The notes beneath the pieces are model-generated. The model was not told the DNA's origin and did not search any database. It saw only the letters and a list, made by a program, of their open reading frames with translations. A DNA stretch of 64,000 bases, taken from positions 187,544 to 251,543 of IMG/VR virus record IMGVR_UViG_3300042922_000643. One strand, written 5' to 3'. The position numbers and the translations under genes are program-made. Of this stretch, positions 10,038-20,348 are shown piece after piece. Every line of letters starts with the position of its first letter. Position 1 is the first letter of the stretch.

Positions 10038-10256
10038 GGCGACTTGCTGTAAGCAGTGGAAACCTAAAGACGTAGACACGTCGGTGGACGGCCTGAGGAC
10101 CCTACGTGGTTAGGGCCTTCGGCAGGTTCATCGCCTACGGCTGATCGCTGATGGCGGTAACAAACCCGTGGCGGTAACACCCTCACCCTTTTTTTCATAA
10201 AGAGGTGGGTGATTTCGGTAACAGGAATCAACGAGTCCGAGGAAAGGATGATCGAT

Positions 10257-10628
10257 ATGAAATGGCTGGAAGTGTATATGCAGGGGGAATTGCGGTATCA
10301 GGCACCGATTGTGGTCTTAACGAAGATTTATGATCGTGAAACGGGAGAGGGGTATATTGCTTATCTCTCCGAGGAATCCTTTGAGGGATTGAAACATGCG
10401 GTTCGTAGTTGCGAATCGACTTGGAGTTTCACGTATAGTTCTGTGGCTGACTTTGAGACCCTGGTCTATGCGGCGACAGATTCGGTGAATAAGCTGCTGA
10501 AAAGCGCAAGGCATGGCTGGTGTCACCTACAGAATGCCTCGGACAAGAGGTTCGGGGTATCTTATGTGGTCGTGGACATCAATAATAGCGTGGCGGTGTC
10601 GTACCTGAGCGATATGGAGGACGAATAG
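10257..10628 (+). CDS. Small hypothetical protein with shared C-terminal tag
   Basis: Ends NNSVAVSYLSDMEDE. Confidence 0.7.
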   Translation: MKWLEVYMQGELRYQAPIVVLTKIYDRETGEGYIAYLSEESFEGLKHAVRSCESTWSFTYSSVADFETLVYAATDSVNKLLKSARHGWCHLQNASDKRFGVSYVVVDINNSVAVSYLSDMEDE

Positions 10629-10629
10629 G

Positions 10630-11004
10630 ATGAGGTATCTAGTCAGTCTCTTAACAGGAGAGAAGTACCAGATTATCGCGATGGAGAAAGCGCTGGAGCG
10701 GGGCTATGTCTGGGTGGGTGTACTGGCGACGCGTGATCGAGTCGTCTCTGACTTTGGGCGGGAGCAGGCCTATGGTGTGGGCGAACTGAGTGAAGCTCGG
10801 TGCCTTTACCTGGATGAGGAATACACGCATGTCTCTTTTGAAGAGATGATGCATCATGCAGGCAACAGGTTCTACTGGATACGGTTTTTGATGGATATTC
10901 CGACGCTGGAGATCCAAGGCAAGGGGGCTGACGCTGCGGTGATCATCGCCGAAGAGTCAGGGAATGAAGTTTGCCTACGGCTCCTACAGGAGGTGGAGGA
11001 ATGA
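10630..11004 (+). CDS. Small hypothetical protein with shared C-terminal tag
   Basis: Ends GNEVCLRLLQEVEE. Confidence 0.7.
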   Translation: MRYLVSLLTGEKYQIIAMEKALERGYVWVGVLATRDRVVSDFGREQAYGVGELSEARCLYLDEEYTHVSFEEMMHHAGNRFYWIRFLMDIPTLEIQGKGADAAVIIAEESGNEVCLRLLQEVEE

Positions 11005-11396
11005 AGCGGATACGCTTTACACGGCTAGAGACTGTCGTCGATAAAGAAGTCGTGGTGATCAGCCAGGAGGAGAATCATGAGGGTCACTATTGGGTGCTTC
11101 ATGAGGTTACCCCTGAAGAGATCGAATTGGATGCAAAGAATGGATATCCAGGGATCTTTGGGACCACAGGAGCGCCATTACGAGGGGAGCAGGTACTGTA
11201 TGCCCGTCCAGGGTTTGACCTGTTTTCGGATGAAACCATTGGTGACTTGACCATGGATAGTTCCAAGTATCGGTGGGAGAAAGTTAAACATTTGAGTGGT
11301 GTGGGGATGACAACGCAATCGCCCACCGAGCTGATGTTTTACGAGGATGATAGTAATCAAGGATTTGTATCGATCCTGGAAGATATAGAGGAGTGA
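11001..11396 (+). CDS. Small hypothetical protein with shared C-terminal tag
   Basis: ATGA overlap with upstream gene; ends SNQGFVSILEDIEE. Confidence 0.7.
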   Translation: MKRIRFTRLETVVDKEVVVISQEENHEGHYWVLHEVTPEEIELDAKNGYPGIFGTTGAPLRGEQVLYARPGFDLFSDETIGDLTMDSSKYRWEKVKHLSGVGMTTQSPTELMFYEDDSNQGFVSILEDIEE

Positions 11397-11537
11397 GGCA
11401 TTGCGAGTCATCATGATTCTCCTCATGGTCGGGATTGCCTTCGGCGCACTTGGACCTGTATTCTGGTTTGTGGCGGCGCTGTGGCTGATCCTGGCCTGTA
11501 TTCAGAAGTACCGTGACTGGGAGAGGAGGCACAAGCT

Positions 11538-11954
11538 GTGAAGTTTTTAAAGATTAAGCAGGGAGCAGAGCTGTTTGGGAATTCCCTGGTCCCTGTTCAC
11601 GCCATCATTGATCTGGGTCCCAATAGTAATTCAGAAAGAGGGCGGGATCGGCGGCGATACCTATGGCTGATTACCTTACCTGAGCCGCTGATGAGGATCA
11701 GGTCTTCTCTTTCGGGGTACAGTGGGAGAACTAGCCTGGCAAGAGAGCTAAGGCGATGGTACGATTTCCACGACATGTCAGGAGGGAGCTTTACCCTCTC
11801 TTATGTGGAGGCGAAGGTCTATCAGGATGAGGGGAGTCATTACGGTAACGATTTGCTGTGGATTCGTCCGAATGAAGTCGCTTATGTGGATGAGCTTGAC
11901 GAAGAGCAGCTGGATAATGATCGCCTTGTAACGTACCTAGAGGAGGCGGAGTGA
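11538..11954 (+). CDS. Small hypothetical protein with shared C-terminal tag (paralog of 11951)
   Basis: Shares VHAII, YL.LI.LP and L.WI.P with the next gene; ends DNDRLVTYLEEAE. Confidence 0.75.
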   Translation: MKFLKIKQGAELFGNSLVPVHAIIDLGPNSNSERGRDRRRYLWLITLPEPLMRIRSSLSGYSGRTSLARELRRWYDFHDMSGGSFTLSYVEAKVYQDEGSHYGNDLLWIRPNEVAYVDELDEEQLDNDRLVTYLEEAE

Positions 11955-12370
11955 TGAGTAAGTATCTACTTCGGCTGAACGAGGGAGCCCAGGCAATGGG
12001 ACGGAGTTTCCTTGAGGTACATGCGATCATTGCCCTTGACGTGGGTGAGGGACGGTATATTTATCTGATCTCCTTGCCGAAGGATCTGTCTTCGATGAAA
12101 GATTCCTTTCGCGGCTATGCCCTTCATCCTTCCGCATTGAATTCGAACCGAGTGAAGGAGCTACGGCACTTATATACCTTTCATACCGTTAGCTGCGCAG
12201 GATTCGAGGTGACCTACGCGGCAGACAAAGTGTACCGAGAACATGGAAGCGAGATCACAGGGCGAAGAGACCTGATCTGGATTAACCCGCGAAAGAATGC
12301 GTATGTGGACTTGATCGAGCCCGACGCGCTGAACAACGAAATCTATGTGCAGTTACTGGAGGAGGGATAA
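11951..12370 (+). CDS. Small hypothetical protein with shared C-terminal tag (paralog of 11538)
   Basis: Ends NNEIYVQLLEEG. Confidence 0.75.
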   Translation: MMSKYLLRLNEGAQAMGRSFLEVHAIIALDVGEGRYIYLISLPKDLSSMKDSFRGYALHPSALNSNRVKELRHLYTFHTVSCAGFEVTYAADKVYREHGSEITGRRDLIWINPRKNAYVDLIEPDALNNEIYVQLLEEG

Positions 12371-12372
12371 CG

Positions 12373-12765
12373 ATGGGGGATCGTAGACAGTTCATCCTGC
12401 TGGATAAAGGTCCTGACTTTGCCGTCGGCGTTCCGATTCGGGTCTACTGTATGATCGAGGTGTGGGATAAGATCCTCTACCTGGTGGAAGAAGCGGACGT
12501 TTACCGCGACCAGAAGGGGACATTCTGCAAGCATTATGCAACCAATTCGGGGAGAGGGTCAAGTCATCGCGCTCTATGGTACGAAGAAGAAGTCTACGCG
12601 CGAGAAGGTACATCCTTACGGCCTGGACTCATTTGGATCTCCATTCGTGCGCCAGGACGATTATCCCCCGAGGAACTGGCGAATACGGGAACGATTGACA
12701 TGGCCACCGCGGAAGACCTCACGAATGAACAGGTCCTAGCAACCTTGGAAGAGGTGGAGCCATGA
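12373..12765 (+). CDS. Small hypothetical protein with shared C-terminal tag
   Basis: Ends TNEQVLATLEEVEP; distant paralog of 11538/11951. Confidence 0.7.
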   Translation: MGDRRQFILLDKGPDFAVGVPIRVYCMIEVWDKILYLVEEADVYRDQKGTFCKHYATNSGRGSSHRALWYEEEVYAREGTSLRPGLIWISIRAPGRLSPEELANTGTIDMATAEDLTNEQVLATLEEVEP

Positions 12766-13148
12766 GGTGGGTGATGCTTCTGTGCGAGAAGAACAATCAG
12801 GTCGAGGGCGTTCTCTTTCCTGTGTTTCGTATTCTGGAATTCAGAGGAGGGACCCATGCCTACTTAATCGGTATGCCTGATACCTACAAGAGTCAGAGGT
12901 CGTTCGATTATATGCGCAAACAGATTGAGGAGAGTCGCTTTATGATAGACACTACCTCTCAGGCTGCGTCGATGAAGACCACGTATGCCGCCAAACCCGA
13001 GTATGCGGCAGCAGGTCCTAGGGAGATTCCCAATACCTGCTGGGTGCATACCAGCCGCTCCGATGCCGAAAGCTTTGTGGATATCGAAGGTGTGCTAAAC
13101 AACGAACAAGCGTTACAGTTCCTATATACAGAGGATATGCAGGAATAG
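12762..13148 (+). CDS. Small hypothetical protein with shared C-terminal tag
   Basis: Ends NNEQALQFLYTEDMQE. Confidence 0.7.
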   Translation: MRWVMLLCEKNNQVEGVLFPVFRILEFRGGTHAYLIGMPDTYKSQRSFDYMRKQIEESRFMIDTTSQAASMKTTYAAKPEYAAAGPREIPNTCWVHTSRSDAESFVDIEGVLNNEQALQFLYTEDMQE

Positions 13149-13227
13149 AAATGGTTTGGGCCTATTATTGACCATATCATGTATATTGATTGCATAAACG
13201 ATGCATAAAAGGAGGAAATCATGCATA

Positions 13228-13638
13228 ATGTATATTCAATGTACGGATCATACAGGGTATAGCTATACAGGGAAGGTATTGCACCAAGCCAAAGGGCAGC
13301 AGGGAATGTACTACAAGGTGGAACGTACCCCTGATCTTCAAGCCTTTATCGAGGAACGGAACTATATCGTCATGACTTCCTTGTCCCAGACCTGCCCCAC
13401 TCAGTACCGCGACCCTGATTACACGAGTCAAAAGTGGAACGATCAGGATCGCCCTTGGCTTCGACAGCTCAAGATGGAGGAAATCGGCATCACCATAACC
13501 ATTCTCCCAGGCCTCAACAACGAGGATATGCTCCTCATGCTCCCCGATCAGGACGACGATCAAGGGATGCAACCTGGCCGTAAATACCCAAATACTGGGG
13601 GTCTAGGTACTAAAGGTAAGAGAGGTTGGGGTTGGTAG
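13228..13638 (+). CDS. Small hypothetical protein, tag followed by an extension
   Basis: AGGAGG RBS; NNEDMLLMLPDQDDD followed by about 25 extra residues. Confidence 0.65.
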   Translation: MYIQCTDHTGYSYTGKVLHQAKGQQGMYYKVERTPDLQAFIEERNYIVMTSLSQTCPTQYRDPDYTSQKWNDQDRPWLRQLKMEEIGITITILPGLNNEDMLLMLPDQDDDQGMQPGRKYPNTGGLGTKGKRGWGW

Positions 13639-13790
13639 AGGTAGGATAGTGGCTGAATCCCTTGCTGCGTAAGGGTTTATTCATTTTCGCACTTTGAAAG
13701 GGGTAAACACACGGGGTAAGGGATTTTTCTATGTTCCTGTACGTGTTAATATGTATACATATGTATTAAAACACACAAAGGAGGTATAGT

Positions 13791-14192
13791 ATGCAATTTA
13801 GATATCCCATAACTAGTAAGACTATGATTATTACTGTGACTGAAGGTATCCTTGATATCTCCTTTCTGAACTATTATGCTGAAATGCAGAGTAAAGCTTC
13901 TGTCTCTGATCTACATAGTATTATTGTGTTCCTTGAGTGTGTAGACTATCTTAAAGATAAGGACTATACAAAGGAACTGGTTACGGATGCTGATGGGTAT
14001 ATTGTTCTCTATAGAGCTAAGGATGCAATATGGGCTCAATTTAAGATTGGTAAGCATAGTGGGAAGTATGTCTGTGTCTATACGTATAATCCTTCTTATA
14101 TAGGAGAGGGTTATATACAATATACTCCTGAATATCCTATGGAACAGAAGGTATTCCCGCCGCAGCCACCTAAGGAGGATAATCATGGATAA
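13791..14192 (+). CDS. Hypothetical protein (family B, ends VFPPQP)
   Basis: AAGGAGG RBS. Confidence 0.7.
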   Translation: MQFRYPITSKTMIITVTEGILDISFLNYYAEMQSKASVSDLHSIIVFLECVDYLKDKDYTKELVTDADGYIVLYRAKDAIWAQFKIGKHSGKYVCVYTYNPSYIGEGYIQYTPEYPMEQKVFPPQPPKEDNHG

Positions 14193-14333
14193 GAAGGAAA
14201 TTCTGAGTAAGATCAAGTTGTTGCTGGGTAGCGAGCATCTTATTGACGATATCGATGATGATGTTCTTGGTGTAGATCTTGTCATTTATTCAGGAGGGAA
14301 GGTATTTATACTCAATCTGAAGGAGGCGTAAGT

Positions 14334-14678
14334 ATGCGTGAGTTAACCAAGGTTGAAGGTTTGGTCTTGTATGATATCAGTACTCGCTATGATGTAATGG
14401 GTATCCGTACTGAGGATCATTGTACACGTTTTACTGATGTAGTAGATACGCTTAAAGAAGAAGGGCATGTGTATTCGGATGCCGCGACCATTTTGAATGA
14501 GCTTATTGAATTGGGCCTTATTGTTCTCGACGATCACATGCCGCTGTATTCCCCGACCAAAGCAGGGAATAAGTACTGTGATGATATGATGGGATATTCG
14601 AACAATGAACCTGCCTATACGTGTTTATGCCGCGGGGCCAATTTCTGCATTCAGTGTAATCCGAAACAGTTTATGTAG
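14334..14678 (+). CDS. Putative winged-helix protein with C-terminal Cys cluster
   Basis: ILNELIELGLI...YSPTKAG wHTH-like pattern; CLC..CIQC. Confidence 0.5.
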   Translation: MRELTKVEGLVLYDISTRYDVMGIRTEDHCTRFTDVVDTLKEEGHVYSDAATILNELIELGLIVLDDHMPLYSPTKAGNKYCDDMMGYSNNEPAYTCLCRGANFCIQCNPKQFM

Positions 14679-14702
14679 GACATACATAAGGGAGGGTACA
14701 TA

Positions 14703-15125
14703 ATGTCCATTCTGATGAAGAAGGATAACACAGGTTACAATAGTGTAATCCTGAATGAGTTTGGGTTAGTGCTGAATCAAGTAACGTATATCCCTGAGAA
14801 TGAACGGGATATGTATGACGGCGAAGAAGAAATGATAAGACAGGTTGGTGTACGTTACGAGGACCTGAATACGACTATTGCTGTACTCTCTGCTTTGCGT
14901 AATGCTAACGCTTTGGGATTAGAGGTTAAGGGCCTCTTCCTCCATAGGTATGATGATGTCAATCATATTGTTACTCCTAGAGGAGATGACTATGTGGTTA
15001 TTCATCGTATGCCTTTTCTTCCTACTATGGATATGTATCCTAATAGTGCTGGATATGCTGTTAGTTCTATTCATAAGGATATAAAGGTAGAGGTATTCCC
15101 GCCGCAACCAAAAGGGGAGGTGTAG
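14703..15125 (+). CDS. Hypothetical protein (family B, ends VFPPQP)
   Basis: Contains DLNTTIAVLSALRNA helix motif. Confidence 0.7.
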   Translation: MSILMKKDNTGYNSVILNEFGLVLNQVTYIPENERDMYDGEEEMIRQVGVRYEDLNTTIAVLSALRNANALGLEVKGLFLHRYDDVNHIVTPRGDDYVVIHRMPFLPTMDMYPNSAGYAVSSIHKDIKVEVFPPQPKGEV

Positions 15126-15126
15126 T

Positions 15127-15705
15127 ATGACCATTGAACTGCACAAGCTTGAGGTGGAACCTCTGGTCGGCGGCGTGTTGATCACCGAGCTGGGGTCTGG
15201 TAAATATGGTGATGAAGACGAAACGGTAGCTGTATATCAGAAAGATATTGATAACCTTGTCGTTGTTCTGCACGCTTATAGCAATATGCTTAAGTTCGGT
15301 ATGGATATGAGTTTGGAACTTAAGGTATATCAAGAATACATTGTTGTTAACTACCTTGGTTCTGCCTATACGATTGTTGGTTATCTCTCTGTAGATACGT
15401 ATAGCTCCCGTACATCCAACTCTCTTAAGTGTATAGGCGAGAGCATGTTCATAAAAGAAGGTCTGAAGAGTCTCCCGCAGCAGTCTACTGTTTCCAATTA
15501 TGATGATCTGCAAGTAGGCTGGCATGTCGATATCGTAGATAAGGAGCATGGATTCTTTAATCGTTTGGGCCAGATTGTCGGTACCCGTGATGATAAGAGA
15601 AAATTCATGGTGTTCTTTGAATCAAACGTCTGCCAACCTACGGATATAACACTAGAGTTTCGTCGTGATCAGATTAAGCGTAGAGTCATGAGGGGAGAAG
15701 TGTAA
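15127..15705 (+). CDS. Hypothetical protein (family B domain plus SH3/KOW-like C-terminus)
   Basis: DIDNLVVVLHAYSNM; LQVGWHVDIVD...GQIVG. Confidence 0.65.
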   Translation: MTIELHKLEVEPLVGGVLITELGSGKYGDEDETVAVYQKDIDNLVVVLHAYSNMLKFGMDMSLELKVYQEYIVVNYLGSAYTIVGYLSVDTYSSRTSNSLKCIGESMFIKEGLKSLPQQSTVSNYDDLQVGWHVDIVDKEHGFFNRLGQIVGTRDDKRKFMVFFESNVCQPTDITLEFRRDQIKRRVMRGEV

Positions 15706-15707
15706 CA

Positions 15708-16073
15708 GTGAAGTATCTTATGCTATTATCATTATTAATATCTGTCCCTGGCTGGGTTGCTTATCTCTGTGGTAAGCGTAATAGAGACTGGATGTGGATG
15801 AGCTGGTTCATCACGGGTATACTGATCTTCGCTATCTCTATTGGCTGGTTAATCGGCTACGATGTTAGCAGAGATAACTATAGGGAATATCAGGCTCTTC
15901 AGAGTACGATTACCATGGTGAGGGAACGCGGCGCTTCTGATATCGAAGAAGCTACGTTTATCCCTATGATCATGGACGCGAATTCATCTTTGGCTCATGC
16001 AAAGCGTGTGAGTAATACAATATTCCAAGACATGATCATGGATAAGTATGCTGACTGTGATTATCTGAAATGA
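15708..16073 (+). CDS. Hypothetical membrane protein
   Basis: Two N-terminal TM segments. Confidence 0.65.
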   Translation: MKYLMLLSLLISVPGWVAYLCGKRNRDWMWMSWFITGILIFAISIGWLIGYDVSRDNYREYQALQSTITMVRERGASDIEEATFIPMIMDANSSLAHAKRVSNTIFQDMIMDKYADCDYLK

Positions 16074-16082
16074 GGTATTGTT

Positions 16083-16310
16083 ATGAAACCTGAACAAGCG
16101 GCAATTCGTCGTCAACACAGTCGTAACATGGCTACACTTATTGCCGTACTTGATGAGTATTCTGCCTACAATCTTGATAAAGTAGCAGGTAATGATTGCT
16201 ATCGAGTTGTAGTTCATAGCCAGTACGGACTTGGATCTCCAGAGCTGGTTGGTTCTCCCGAAGAAATTATAGAAAAATTGGCTGTCATGAGGCGAATTCG
16301 TTTTAGGTAA
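16083..16310 (+). CDS. Hypothetical protein, paralog of the C-terminal domain of 17144..17713
   Basis: YGLGSPELVGSPEEIIEKLA..IRFR versus YGLASPEMTGSASEILAKIA..VHFR. Confidence 0.7.
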   Translation: MKPEQAAIRRQHSRNMATLIAVLDEYSAYNLDKVAGNDCYRVVVHSQYGLGSPELVGSPEEIIEKLAVMRRIRFR

Positions 16311-16675
16311 ACCGCCAACTATTTGAAAGGAGCGTTGTCTTATGCAACCTGTATTAGAAACGCCGAAGAAAGAACATGACTGGAAGCCTGGGCATTCCAA
16401 AGGGTATTCTCTGGGTTGCTCCCGATGTGGTATTACTACATCGATTCAATCTCCGATATGGAATACTGTAATTCACAGCGAATGTAAGCCTGAAGTGCAG
16501 CTATGATGGGATTTTCTTCCTGGCGACTTTACAGACCAGATGGAGCTGATAGTGAGCGGATACGTTCCCTATGTGCTCGTGAATTTCTGAAGTCATTCCG
16601 CAAAGACGATCATACTGTAATCATTACTGTCTCTAAGGATGGTTTATTTGTTACTCTTGTGGAAGGAGTATAACT

Positions 16676-17128
16676 ATGACTATAGACTTGTTTGAAGATA
16701 GGTGGAATTCTCTTTCTATTAGTAAGGAGACTACCTACAAGGGTGGTAGCAGCTATGTTCTTACGGGTGTTACTACAAACGAAGAGAATGACTTTACTTA
16801 TGAAACAGAAGTTCCTCTTTATCCTCATGAGCTGGGTGAAGTCGTATCTAAGCTTCTTGTCTACTGTAAAGAACAAGGTATACATGTAGGTTTCCCGCCG
16901 ACGGTAGGAGAGCCTGTGAGTCAGATTCTTTATGTGACAGCACTTGTACGTATTAAAGATCCTGAATATCCGTTGTATGGGAAAGAAGGATATGTGTCTT
17001 GTCTATCCATACCTTTGGATACAAATAATGAGTACTGTACGGTTGTGTTATTAACTACTATGCACGAGGTCATTGTATTAAGATCTCAAGTAGAGGTAAT
17101 CCCGCCAAAAATAAGCAGCACTATTTGA
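16676..17128 (+). CDS. Hypothetical protein
   Basis: AAGGAG RBS; SH3/KOW-like C-terminus. Confidence 0.65.
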   Translation: MTIDLFEDRWNSLSISKETTYKGGSSYVLTGVTTNEENDFTYETEVPLYPHELGEVVSKLLVYCKEQGIHVGFPPTVGEPVSQILYVTALVRIKDPEYPLYGKEGYVSCLSIPLDTNNEYCTVVLLTTMHEVIVLRSQVEVIPPKISSTI

Positions 17129-17143
17129 AAGGAGCGTTACATA

Positions 17144-17713
17144 ATGGCAAAGAATAATTTTTATGGCGTGAAGGTTGGTGCGGCCCCAGGGGTGTATGAA
17201 ACTTGGGCTGAGTGCCAGCAACATACCGATGGATATCCTGGCGCAAAGTACCAGGGTTTTAAGACCCGTGAAGAAGCAGAAGCTTTTGTTGGGATCGCCG
17301 CGTCTGCTCCAGAACCTCTACTGGCTACTGCTGTAAGTATCAATGACTCTGTGCAAGCAGCAATGGATCTCTTTAGTGGCCATCCTGTAAAAGACAATTT
17401 GAATCTTAAGCAGGCTCAGGATGTATCCGTGCCTTGGACGCCTGAAGTAGTAGCTGCTGTGTTTACGCCTAAGGAAATGGAAGAGATGGCTGAGAGTCGG
17501 AAGAAGGCACGTGTTTGGCATACGAATAAAGTGTTTGAGCTTATTGCTCTGTGTGAGCATTACTTTGCTTATGACTGGAATAAAGAAGGCAATGCCGATG
17601 GATATCGTGTGACCCTTTATAATGATTATGGCTTAGCTTCGCCCGAGATGACGGGTAGTGCTAGTGAGATACTGGCTAAAATAGCTATGTTGGAACCTGT
17701 CCATTTTAGATAA
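17144..17713 (+). CDS. Protein with N-terminal RNase H1 hybrid-binding (Cauli_VI) domain, no RNase H catalytic domain
   Basis: FYGVKVGAAPGVYETWAECQQHTDGYPGAKYQGFKTREEAEAF. Confidence 0.85.
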   Translation: MAKNNFYGVKVGAAPGVYETWAECQQHTDGYPGAKYQGFKTREEAEAFVGIAASAPEPLLATAVSINDSVQAAMDLFSGHPVKDNLNLKQAQDVSVPWTPEVVAAVFTPKEMEEMAESRKKARVWHTNKVFELIALCEHYFAYDWNKEGNADGYRVTLYNDYGLASPEMTGSASEILAKIAMLEPVHFR

Positions 17714-17916
17714 GAGGGGGATCGCTTAATGAGAAGAAAACGTAGCTCAGGTCATTACGTTTATACACCATTTATGCGTCCTATTATTATTACTGCCAGC
17801 GATTGGAATCCCCATAGAGCACATGAAACATTGGCTAGTCTCGTGGATTTATCAGGAATGACTTATCATGTAGATGATGCTAATAACTTGCACGTTGTAT
17901 TAATATAATGATAATG

Positions 17917-17950
17917 GCCGCCATCCATTCGTGGGTGAGCGGCTTTTTTA
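17917..17950 (+). terminator. Terminator-like element, duplicated at 19542
   Basis: GCCGCCATCCA...GGGTGAGCGGC followed by a T-run; near-identical copy at 19542-19572. Confidence 0.7.
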
Positions 17951-17975
17951 ATGTCTATAATAAGGAGGGGTCGAT

Positions 17976-18224
17976 GTGAAAACTGAGAAAGGAATGATCA
18001 TTAAGATTGGCCCTCACCCTACCATTAATCCAAGTGCTCTAGGTTTAGTATACGTTATTACAGAACCTAAAAGTTGGGGCAGCCTGGATACAGGGAAAGT
18101 TATTTCAAACCCAAATGGATGGTTAAGTGAAGAAGTAAGGCATGCGTTTGATCCTAACTATGATGTTCTTTTGCCTGAAAATAATGAATATTACGCTAAA
18201 TTTTTTCTAAAGGATGATTCGTAG
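17976..18224 (+). CDS. Small SH3-like protein with shared C-terminal tag (paralog of 19608, 19861)
   Basis: G.I..IG..P...A.GL.Y and H.F.P.YD motifs; ends NNEYYAKFFLKDDS. Confidence 0.75.
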   Translation: MKTEKGMIIKIGPHPTINPSALGLVYVITEPKSWGSLDTGKVISNPNGWLSEEVRHAFDPNYDVLLPENNEYYAKFFLKDDS

Positions 18225-18246
18225 TTTCGGAAACCCATGAAAAATA

Positions 18247-18681
18247 ATGAATATGGAGAGGTTGATGAAAATGAGCACTATTACGGTCAAGGATACGGAT
18301 AGCGTACGTTTGTCTATCATTGTAAACCAAAAACACATTCTTCTTCAGCAGATGGAGAAAGAAGAAGAGGATGCTGATTATCTACATAGTTCTATCGATG
18401 TGCATGATACTAATCTAGATCATCTGATTGCCGCGCTTTCTGCGATTTCAAATGCTAAGAAACTGGGCATCGAGATTACGAACCTAATTAATTACCATGG
18501 CTATATTTGTCAGGGATTAAGCGAGTTCGGTCAGATCGTTGTTCTTGCTTATGCCCAGCCCTATATGAAGATGGGTGATTTGGCAAAGTATGAATTGTCT
18601 ACGGCTTATAGCTATAAGGTGGGGCAAATACTCGACGTGGATTTTGAATACTGGCATCTGATTAACGAATTCGCCAAATAA
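18247..18681 (+). CDS. Hypothetical protein (family B)
   Basis: NLDHLIAALSAISNAKKLGI. Confidence 0.65.
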   Translation: MNMERLMKMSTITVKDTDSVRLSIIVNQKHILLQQMEKEEEDADYLHSSIDVHDTNLDHLIAALSAISNAKKLGIEITNLINYHGYICQGLSEFGQIVVLAYAQPYMKMGDLAKYELSTAYSYKVGQILDVDFEYWHLINEFAK

Positions 18682-19054
18682 TAAAAGAGGGTGAGTTTAA
18701 AAATGACACCTTTTCAAGTCTTAGGGGTATTCGCAATAGCGGGTACACTGGGTGGTCTTGCTGGAATCATTATTCGGCGTTATCAGAAATAGGAGGTGCA
18801 GTATGGACACGCCGCTTAAATTAACGATCTATCCGTTTTATGCTGCACCTAAATATATTCAAGATCTGAGTCGGAATGGTGGAGATGAGGATCATGTTTA
18901 CATTATATACCAAGATGACGATAAGATATTTGGAGATCTGGTAGAAGACATTGTCGATAAGATGGCGAAATGTGACTATCATCGGTATGAAGAGCTTTAC
19001 CAAGGTCGTCCTTGTTATATATATATTACAAATCATGGGTAAGGAGGCAAGATA

Positions 19055-19534
19055 ATGTCTGATTTCTCAGCTCTTACGGGATTTGAAAAGCTGATTGTTA
19101 ATGCTATGCGTGTAGATTATTCCATTACAACGAAAGAAGCTGAACGTATCGTTCGTAAATACCTTCTGGTTATTCGAGATATTAACGATACTCAAGATAC
19201 GCCACTCCTTCAAGCCGCTCGTTATTATGATGCACATAAGTTGAACACTGATCCTTTAATATGGCTTGAGCGTAATATAAAGATGAGAAAAGCGACCATT
19301 CCTGCGTATATTAATACACCTATGACGATTCCGTCGCTGTATAAGGTGTTTGTACTTGAAATTTCTGTTTATAACTTCAACGAAGTAGCTTATCAATATG
19401 AAAAAGAGTTTGAGGAAGAACCTACAGCGTCTGAAATTGTCTTGGCTTGCCAGTATATCCGTAATAAATATGGCCCCTATAGGGTATCCGCCACCGTTTT
19501 TACACGCTATAACTACAGCGAACAACAAATCTAG
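19055..19534 (+). CDS. Hypothetical protein
   Basis: AAGGAGG RBS. Confidence 0.65.
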   Translation: MSDFSALTGFEKLIVNAMRVDYSITTKEAERIVRKYLLVIRDINDTQDTPLLQAARYYDAHKLNTDPLIWLERNIKMRKATIPAYINTPMTIPSLYKVFVLEISVYNFNEVAYQYEKEFEEEPTASEIVLACQYIRNKYGPYRVSATVFTRYNYSEQQI

Positions 19535-19607
19535 GGAGCCTGCCGCCATCCAATCGGGTGAGCGGTTTTTTCTATGTAGACTCATCAAAACCAAGGAGGT
19601 GCTAGTT

Positions 19608-19883
19608 ATGTCAATTGAAATAGGTAGCATTGTCCGTCTAGGTGAAAATCCTTCTGTGTATGAAACAGCATGGGGTCTAATTTTTGTCATTGAAAATTTT
19701 AAAGAAGAAGATACTGTTATTCAAGTTCATGGTCACATTTTAAAATCTCCTGGCGGTTGGTGGGGGTATATGAATGAGATCAGTCACGAATTTAATCCAG
19801 AGTATGATACTATAATGAAGGCTGATAACATCCAGCTGCTATCTCTCCTAGAGGAGGAGGATGAGTATGGAGATAAAGATTAA
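19608..19883 (+). CDS. Small protein with shared C-terminal tag
   Basis: AAGGAGG RBS before ATG 19608; ends DNIQLLSLLEEEDE... Confidence 0.75.
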   Translation: MSIEIGSIVRLGENPSVYETAWGLIFVIENFKEEDTVIQVHGHILKSPGGWWGYMNEISHEFNPEYDTIMKADNIQLLSLLEEEDEYGDKD

Positions 19884-20133
19884 AAAAGGCATGATTATTC
19901 AAATCGGGCAAAAGCCTAGTGTAGATAAATCTGCTCAAGGCTTGATCTATGAAGTTGTAGATGTCATGTCTACTTCGGGTAAAAGTACACGAACTTATGG
20001 AAAAGTTACTCATGATCCAGGTCATTGGGGAATGAGTGATGTTAGGCATACATTTGACCCTGAATATGATAGTATTGTCACCTTTTCCAATGAACATGCT
20101 GTTACGTTTCTCAAAGATCAAGATGAGGGGTGA
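19861..20133 (+). CDS. Small protein with shared C-terminal tag
   Basis: Ends SNEHAVTFLKDQDEG. Confidence 0.75.
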   Translation: MSMEIKIKKGMIIQIGQKPSVDKSAQGLIYEVVDVMSTSGKSTRTYGKVTHDPGHWGMSDVRHTFDPEYDSIVTFSNEHAVTFLKDQDEG

Positions 20134-20348
20134 TTACTTATGCAGTATATTTACAATAGTTTAATCTTTGCACTATTACTCATAATCTCTCTTGTCATTT
20201 TTGCGGCTCCATTGTGTCTTTCCTTGCTAATTTTTGCAAATATAGTATGGCCTCATTTCATTGCTGCATTCATTGGATTCGTTCTAATGGTTGCATTTAT
20301 CCAATTCTCTGTTGAACTTGAGCTTTTTTAATTAAAGGAGGAGTTAAG

